DNA of 61,468 nucleotides, filler included, from Globobulimina sp. (lineage: Eukaryota): the NCBI GenBank assembly GCA_003354225.1. It is 20 parts of 20 records of this genome, joined end to end, with 100 filler letters (N's around TTAATTAATTAA, not from the genome) between each part and the next. Parts side by side here need not be neighbours in the genome. Positions count along the whole stretch, not along the records: positions 55,417 to 58,392 come from PIVH01004167.1; positions 58,493 to 61,468 come from PIVH01004168.1; 18 more parts are not named here. One strand, 5' to 3'. This document shows positions 55,561 to 61,468 of the stretch, in pieces (position 1 is the first letter of the stretch; the number at the start of each line of letters is the position of its first letter). The notes beneath the pieces are model-generated. The model saw only the letters and a list, made by a program, of their open reading frames with translations. It was not told the origin of the DNA and did no database searches. Made by a program: the position numbers and the translations under genes.

Positions 55561-55968
55561 ATGGCTCATATTCCTAAAGGATTTAAGACGTATAAGTTTA
55601 ACCCTGCGTTAGATCGTTATATGAGACGGAAAACAAGGCCGAAAAAAATTGGATACCCGCCATGTTGGAGGAGTAGTCCTAAGCCAATACGTCAATTATG
55701 GAATTTGTATTATACAAAAACATCATACAGATTGTATAAAGAATGCATGAGATGCCAGAGCTGGGAAGAATTAATTCCCTCATATCGAATCGCAAAGGAG
55801 TTTATTGATAAAGTCGCAAAGGAGAGACCACAAAAAATCGGCAAATACGCTGATTATTTTCGGGATAGAATGAAACGAAAAGTTGAATATATGCGATGGA
55901 GAGAAATTGAAACAAGGGTTGGTTTACCACCACCTATTGAACCTATAACAAAACAATTCAAATACTGA
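55561..55968 (+). CDS. Small basic hypothetical protein
   Basis: 135-aa ATG-to-TGA ORF with protein-like composition; family not recognised. Confidence 0.6.
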   Translation: MAHIPKGFKTYKFNPALDRYMRRKTRPKKIGYPPCWRSSPKPIRQLWNLYYTKTSYRLYKECMRCQSWEELIPSYRIAKEFIDKVAKERPQKIGKYADYFRDRMKRKVEYMRWREIETRVGLPPPIEPITKQFKY

Positions 55969-56126
55969 GCTAATGCAACCATGCCATATTGTAAGAACAC
56001 TTGAGTTTTCAGTTTGTGTATCGTTATATATACTGCATGGCATGGTTTACTCTTGTCGCGTCAACCAAGATTACGGAACAAAATCTTTTTACTCTCACCA
56101 CACTTAAAAACATTTTTTGAATTTAC

Positions 56127-57533
56127 ATGGCAGCTATAAGTATCTCCAAACTGCAACAATCCATCCACTCTCTTCGAAACAAATTAAATGCTGATTTTGT
56201 ATCTGTCTTAAAATTTTGGCTAAAATATTCAATTGACAATGAACATGGCGGTTATTTTAATTGCATCAACGATGATGGCACAATTTACGACGGAACAAAA
56301 TATGTTTGGTTACAATGTCGCGCAGTTTGGATGTTTTTTCGTTTATACACTAATGAAATATTAACAAACATTAATGACAAAGTATTAAAAAGAGATATTT
56401 ATATCGCAGCAAAACATGGAATAGATTTTATTACAAAAAACGTAATATTTGTAGATAAAAAAACAAATTTACATCGATGTTATTTCAGTATTGATAGGAA
56501 AGGAAATGGTTTAACCATACAACGCAAAATATTTTCTGAATGTTTTTTTGTAATGGCATTAATATCATATTCCTCCGTGATTTATAAAACTTATTCAAAA
56601 TTAAATGATTTGTTGGATAACGCAATGATTGAACAACAGTTAAAAGATGCAGATAATAAACTAATTTTAGCCATGAATGTGTTTAAAGATATTCAAACAT
56701 ACATAAATGATCCACAATTATTAGGTTACAAATATCAACCAAATATTGCTGAAAATAAACAATTCGAAGCTTTGAACATTCCAATGATTTGCTTAAATAT
56801 TATTGACGAATTCAAAAGTTTGATATCAGCAAAACATAGACTCCATAAACAAAATATAAGTTATTTGAATGATTTAGCTGAGAAATATATGGATGATATT
56901 ATAAAACATATTGATTTTAAGAATAAATGTTTGCGGGAAAATGTATGCAAAGACGGCACGTTTGACGATGGAACGAGTGATGGAAGAATGGTGAATCCTG
57001 GACATGCGATTGAAGCCAGTTGGTTTTTAAAGGAATATGTTGGGAAATATGGGAATGAAAAAAAGAAAAAATATATTGATGGGTTGACAAGAGACATATT
57101 TGAATGGTCGATGGATAGGGGATGGGATGGAGAGAATGGTGGCATATTTGCCTTTGTCGATGCATTGGATTATCCGCTTGTTTTGCTAGAATCGAATATG
57201 AAATTATGGTGGCCGTGTAATGAAGCAATGATATGTTCATTGTTATTGTTTAAAGATAGTATGGAGAATAATCATGGTTTAAGTAGTGATGTACAGAATG
57301 ATTGGAATATGGTTGAATTGGTTTGCAATTATTGTTTAAATGTGTTTTCTGATGGAACGCGTGGTGGATGGTATGGTTATTTCAAATCAAATTCGGAAAT
57401 TGAATTGAGTATAAAAGGTGGACCGTATAAAGGATTTTTTCATGTGCCAAGATCTTTGATGTTTGCTGTAAATATTTTAGATGATATTATTCAATATATC
57501 ACAAAACAAAAAGCTTTACAAGCGAAATTATGA
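56127..57533 (+). CDS. RENBP: N-acylglucosamine 2-epimerase (AGE/renin-binding protein family) ending in AKL
   Basis: SIDNEHGGYFNC, KYVWLQCRAVW, IQRKIFSECF, NPGHAIEASWF, GWDGENGG, KLWWP, GPYKGFFHVPR. Confidence 0.93.
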   Translation: MAAISISKLQQSIHSLRNKLNADFVSVLKFWLKYSIDNEHGGYFNCINDDGTIYDGTKYVWLQCRAVWMFFRLYTNEILTNINDKVLKRDIYIAAKHGIDFITKNVIFVDKKTNLHRCYFSIDRKGNGLTIQRKIFSECFFVMALISYSSVIYKTYSKLNDLLDNAMIEQQLKDADNKLILAMNVFKDIQTYINDPQLLGYKYQPNIAENKQFEALNIPMICLNIIDEFKSLISAKHRLHKQNISYLNDLAEKYMDDIIKHIDFKNKCLRENVCKDGTFDDGTSDGRMVNPGHAIEASWFLKEYVGKYGNEKKKKYIDGLTRDIFEWSMDRGWDGENGGIFAFVDALDYPLVLLESNMKLWWPCNEAMICSLLLFKDSMENNHGLSSDVQNDWNMVELVCNYCLNVFSDGTRGGWYGYFKSNSEIELSIKGGPYKGFFHVPRSLMFAVNILDDIIQYITKQKALQAKL

Positions 57534-57669
57534 TATGATTAAAAACGTGACTGCGCTGCTACGAATTCAATGAATTGTCATAAAATAATAATAATATTAA
57601 ACATATTAAACTAATACGATTTACAGATTCAAACAAACAAACAAACAGAGCTAGGGGAAAAAGTCGTGA

Positions 57670-58392
57670 TTACACGCCATCGTTCCTATTTTTTCTAAAA
57701 CTACATTTTAACGGAGTTCTCCATTCTAACCGAATATCTCTACAAAACACTGTTTTTATATTTTCTATCAATCCATCATCAAAATATTTTTTCCGAATTA
57801 CTCCCTCAGATATTTGACTATTTTCATCCTCTTCCTTTCCTTCATCATTTTTATTTTTTTGTAGAAACAGTCGTTTCCGTTTTGCCTCTTCATACAAATA
57901 TCGATCAATACGGTCAGGTCTCAAACACTCACCGGTTGTCTGTCCGGTACATAATAAATAAATATGAAACCCAAATAATCCAACAACCCGAAATGAAAAA
58001 AAAAATAAAATAATAAATAAAACAGTACGGAGTATCCAACCAAAAACAGTATGTCTGCAATATAATGGTTTATTAGCTATATTTCCCATATCTGTGGTAA
58101 ACAATGTATATGTAATAATATATAACGTCCATGAAAGTATTATGGATTCGAAAAATAAAAACAATATAAAATATTTATAATTACCGCCACCCACACAATT
58201 ATTAGCCAGTGTGCAATGATGATCCCATTTTGCGACGCATTGTTTACAGATTCTGCAATGTTTAGAGCGTAGTGGTCGAATAAAATGACATTCCACACAG
58301 AAATTTGAGGGCCATCCGGCCTCACATTTCCTGTCAAGTATTATTCTTTTGTTATATTCAGGAATGGTATCATTGACAGTGAATTCATAAGT
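57670..58392 (-). CDS. DHHC palmitoyltransferase, 5'-truncated
   Basis: FCVECHFIRPLRSKHCRICKQCVAKWDHHCTLANNCVGGGNYKYF, GQTTGE, FDDGLIENIKTVF. Confidence 0.96.
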   Translation of the reverse strand, partial: TYEFTVNDTIPEYNKRIILDRKCEAGWPSNFCVECHFIRPLRSKHCRICKQCVAKWDHHCTLANNCVGGGNYKYFILFLFFESIILSWTLYIITYTLFTTDMGNIANKPLYCRHTVFGWILRTVLFIILFFFSFRVVGLFGFHIYLLCTGQTTGECLRPDRIDRYLYEEAKRKRLFLQKNKNDEGKEEDENSQISEGVIRKKYFDDGLIENIKTVFCRDIRLEWRTPLKCSFRKNRNDGV

Positions 58393-58492
58393 NNNNNNNN
58401 NNNNNNNNNNNNNNNNNNNNNNNNNNNNNNNNNNNNTTAATTAATTAANNNNNNNNNNNNNNNNNNNNNNNNNNNNNNNNNNNNNNNNNNNN

Positions 58493-60935
58493 GTACCACA
58501 CGACTGCTGTGAATATGTGAGTCGATGGCTAGTACATTATTGTCATTATGATCCTCATTTTTGAGATAAAAATATTTCTTTTCTGCAAATTCCTTCTCTT
58601 TTTCACTCAAAACAACTCTATCATCCAATTCATTTGTTACATATAATTTATATATTTTACTATCAAATGAGTTTTTAAGCCACGGAACATTGCATATTTT
58701 TTCATAAATCTTTGGTAATTGATTCAATGCCACATACTCTTTATCATATGTCTCATTATTATGATTAAAATGATTATCCAAAGCATATTGTAAATAAAAT
58801 GTAAATTCTTTCTTATATTCATTTTCATTAAACTGATAATCTTTTAATTCTTTCATAAACTGTCTGGACGCAAATGTATGTATCTTATGCCCATTTATTT
58901 GTAAATTATGCTCACACGCTCTCTGAAAGGATTGTTTATTATTAAATTGAATATACGCCGTATATTTATTTATTTTGGTCCTGTCATCAATTTCTATATT
59001 TTCCACATCCTGGTAATTGCAATAGACATTTCGTTTAAATTCATCCGGTCCAATCTCAAACGGTATGGCCGGCGCAAGAACCGTTCCATTCGGCGCACCA
59101 TTCCATATTTTCAAATTTATATCATGGCAATTATTTAAATTGTGAATCGCTTTCATTTTAGCCTCAAATGAATCGACCCAAACATATGCAAAATATGACA
59201 AGGAGCGTTTTTTAAATGTTTCTGACTCTCTATAATCAATAACATCCATTCCCATCACTGTGCAGTACGGAGATAATATTTGTTTCACATAAATCTCTGC
59301 GTCTTTTCCATTTTTCTCATATGGAATATCAGTGACACGCAACTTAAATTTCTCAAAGCGGATTTTAAGTGTACCTGAGCCCCAATTTTGTAGCAAGGCC
59401 AAAGCTTTGGATTTCTGTACTTTCGTCCCAATGATCTCAACATTCACCTCCTTGACATTATGCTCTTTTTCCTCATGTTTGTCAATGTAGATATCCGCGC
59501 CAGATATATATTGCAGTTTATCCAATCCTTTGCCATGTCTCCCAATGATACCATTCACACTCCACTTCGGTATGGTTGTGCGTAAAATATCCTGTGTCTC
59601 CTCACAAAATAACAAGGCATTTTTCTGATGCGAGGGCAGGCCACGAATTATAATGCGCACATTGCTCTCATTCATATTAATCACCTCAATTCTGCAAAAT
59701 GTAAACTTCTCGATATTTTGAATTCGTTTTCCCTTTTTACCCAACAAAAATGCAACATTATATTTGTGTTGTTTGGTGTTCCAATTTGCAAACAACGGCT
59801 CGATCAAAAACGTTTTGGCAATCAATCTTTCATATTTATTGCCAATCAGTTCCACTTTGTTTGCTTCAGCGCATAATCGAACTGTACATTGTGCGTAATG
59901 ACGGAATAATTGTCGCAGTGTGGAATCAGTAAAGCTCATCGCTGTGTTATTACAAATGTATACAATCTCTTTACTGCGCAGACTCTCCGTACTCATATCA
60001 TACCATTCATCTATAATTTCACCATTGATTCTCTCCAATTCAAACGCATCGGAATCACTCAAGTTTGCCAAAAATAAATCAACTTTACTGTCAAGCTCTG
60101 GGTTCTCTTCCTTTTCGTACTCATTTAAGTCGTGCTCATTTCCAATGCTTTCCGCTTCTACGAAAGGTAATGTTTCACGGAATTCAATCATCGGAGTTAC
60201 GTTGCAATAAAAATTTGCATTTAAATTAATTAACCATACTTTACCTTTTTTGCAGCAACAATACTTATACACCATGTCAATTAATCGCAATTCTTGTCCG
60301 TTTTCTATTTGTATGATTTCATTTTTATGCTTCTCAAATTTATCCCAGATAAAGGATAACATTTTGCCCTTTTCTGCTTCATTTGCTCCAGATAGCGATC
60401 CATTTGCTTTATAGGCTGCAAATAGTTTTGTTTTGTCAATATCTGGTATGGATAATAAAGCTTTTTCAAAGGTTTCAAAATCAAACGTATGCAAATCATG
60501 CGTGATACCGATATTTGTAAATGCATTTGTTAGTAATTGCAGTTTTCCTTTGTCATACCATTTACCAATACGTTGTAATACAATGCAAGATGCTCGCAAA
60601 GCATTTTCAATCTCTTCTTGTCTGCCTTTCATGGTAATACTATCATGTTTCTCTTTATTGCGATTACCAATCAAATATGAGGTATGAATATGATGCAATC
60701 CACTGAATTTCTCAATATATTTCAGATTTTTACCGTGTTTACCGATAAATAAAGGAATTGTGTCCTCGTCATCACCAATCCGCAACGAGACAGTCACCAT
60801 TTTGTTATTAGATTCTTCAGTTATTGCAATGGTATCATTTGTATCTGCAATCGCTGTGGATCCGGATGCCTCCATATGCATATTATCACTGCTTTTATTC
60901 TTTTCATTCTCATACATTGCATGCCATGATGACAT
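58493..60935 (-). CDS. RNA-binding protein with multiple KH domains and two RRM-like domains, 3'-truncated
   Basis: GxxG loops FIGKHGKNL, LLGKKGKRI, IIGRHGKGL; RNP-like YFAYVWV and TAYIQF. Confidence 0.85.
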
Positions 60936-60958
60936 TGTTGAGCTTGGATAAGATTCCT

Positions 60959-61276
60959 TTAATACATTCTGTATATTATATTAAATATATATACTATTAT
61001 ATGGTTATACAAACAATCAATAACTTGAATATTCATAATCCGCATATCTTCATCATTCAGACATAACATAATTGCAAACTGCGTGAAATTTACCTTACGA
61101 TCACCATTGGAAGTGGTAGCAACGGAGAAATTCGCTCTGTTAAATATCTCTGTAAATATATCGTTTTCAGGCTTTGTGATATCATAATCGTTTAAATCGA
61201 ACAACGATATGTTGCGCAAAATGGCTATAAATGTTTTCAAGTCGATATAAATGGAAGAATTGATGTTGTTTTGCAT
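60959..61276 (-). CDS. Possible EF-hand-like fragment
   Basis: YIDLKTFIAIL and NGDRKVNFTQFAIML resemble degenerate EF-hands; gene structure unresolved. Confidence 0.35.
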   Translation of the reverse strand: MQNNINSSIYIDLKTFIAILRNISLFDLNDYDITKPENDIFTEIFNRANFSVATTSNGDRKVNFTQFAIMLCLNDEDMRIMNIQVIDCLYNHIIVYIFNIIYRMY

Positions 61277-61468
61277 GAATGCTTGGCGTAATATGTACAG
61301 TGCTTTTTGGATTTTATGCGGCTGCTTTGCCTTTGCAAAAATTTATAGAAATTTCTCAGAAAAAACACACAATTTACACAACTACAAAGCAAACCTGTGC
61401 TATTTTGGCAATTTCAGTTAGAAAAAAGTGCATTTGTGACTGTTGTATGCATGACAGATAATATTGGA

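Noticed and set aside
1-61468. Uniform ~3-kb pieces as nanochromosomes or a segmented genome
   Set aside because: Lengths fall monotonically (length-sorted assembly), genes are cut mid-frame at the edges and no telomeric repeats are present.
1-61468. Alternative genetic code or stop-codon readthrough
   Set aside because: Conserved genes end at TAA, TAG and TGA at the expected positions. Internal breaks are explained by introns or frame changes, not in-frame stops.

Overview
This window is not one locus. It holds 20 unrelated, length-sorted assembly contigs (2981 down to 2976 bp) joined by artificial 100-nt spacers (44 N + TTAATTAATTAA + 44 N), so gene neighbourhoods mean something only within a contig. 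Most contigs come from an AT-rich, gene-dense eukaryote using the standard code, with short (54-176 nt) spliceosomal introns. The gene-family style suggests a foraminiferan or other rhizarian, which is an inference. Recognisable host genes include an S28 peptidase, AMP deaminase, sterol and front-end desaturases, UDP-sugar pyrophosphorylase, phospholipase B-like, GMC oxidoreductase, SmD3, ABITRAM, aquaporin, GlcNAc 2-epimerase, DHHC, a TM-RGS protein and a STRA6-like protein. Several genes are frameshifted or degenerate. Three things are mixed in. (i) A giant-virus-like contig (9243-12222) carries dUTPase, a C2H2 protein and a 2-Cys-adaptor/H1-like protein, with an AT-rich hairpin in every intergenic gap. 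(ii) An intronless glycoside hydrolase-3TM-GT2 fusion (3084-6062) is of unknown origin. (iii) A deltaproteobacterial-type ftsZ/radical-SAM operon fragment is joined to eukaryotic DNA within one contig, probably as a chimera. Other leads are a jellyfish-toxin-like segment, PTS1 signals on two normally non-peroxisomal sugar enzymes, very short bidirectional promoters and relaxed splice signals. All family assignments come from motif recognition by eye; no database search was run.
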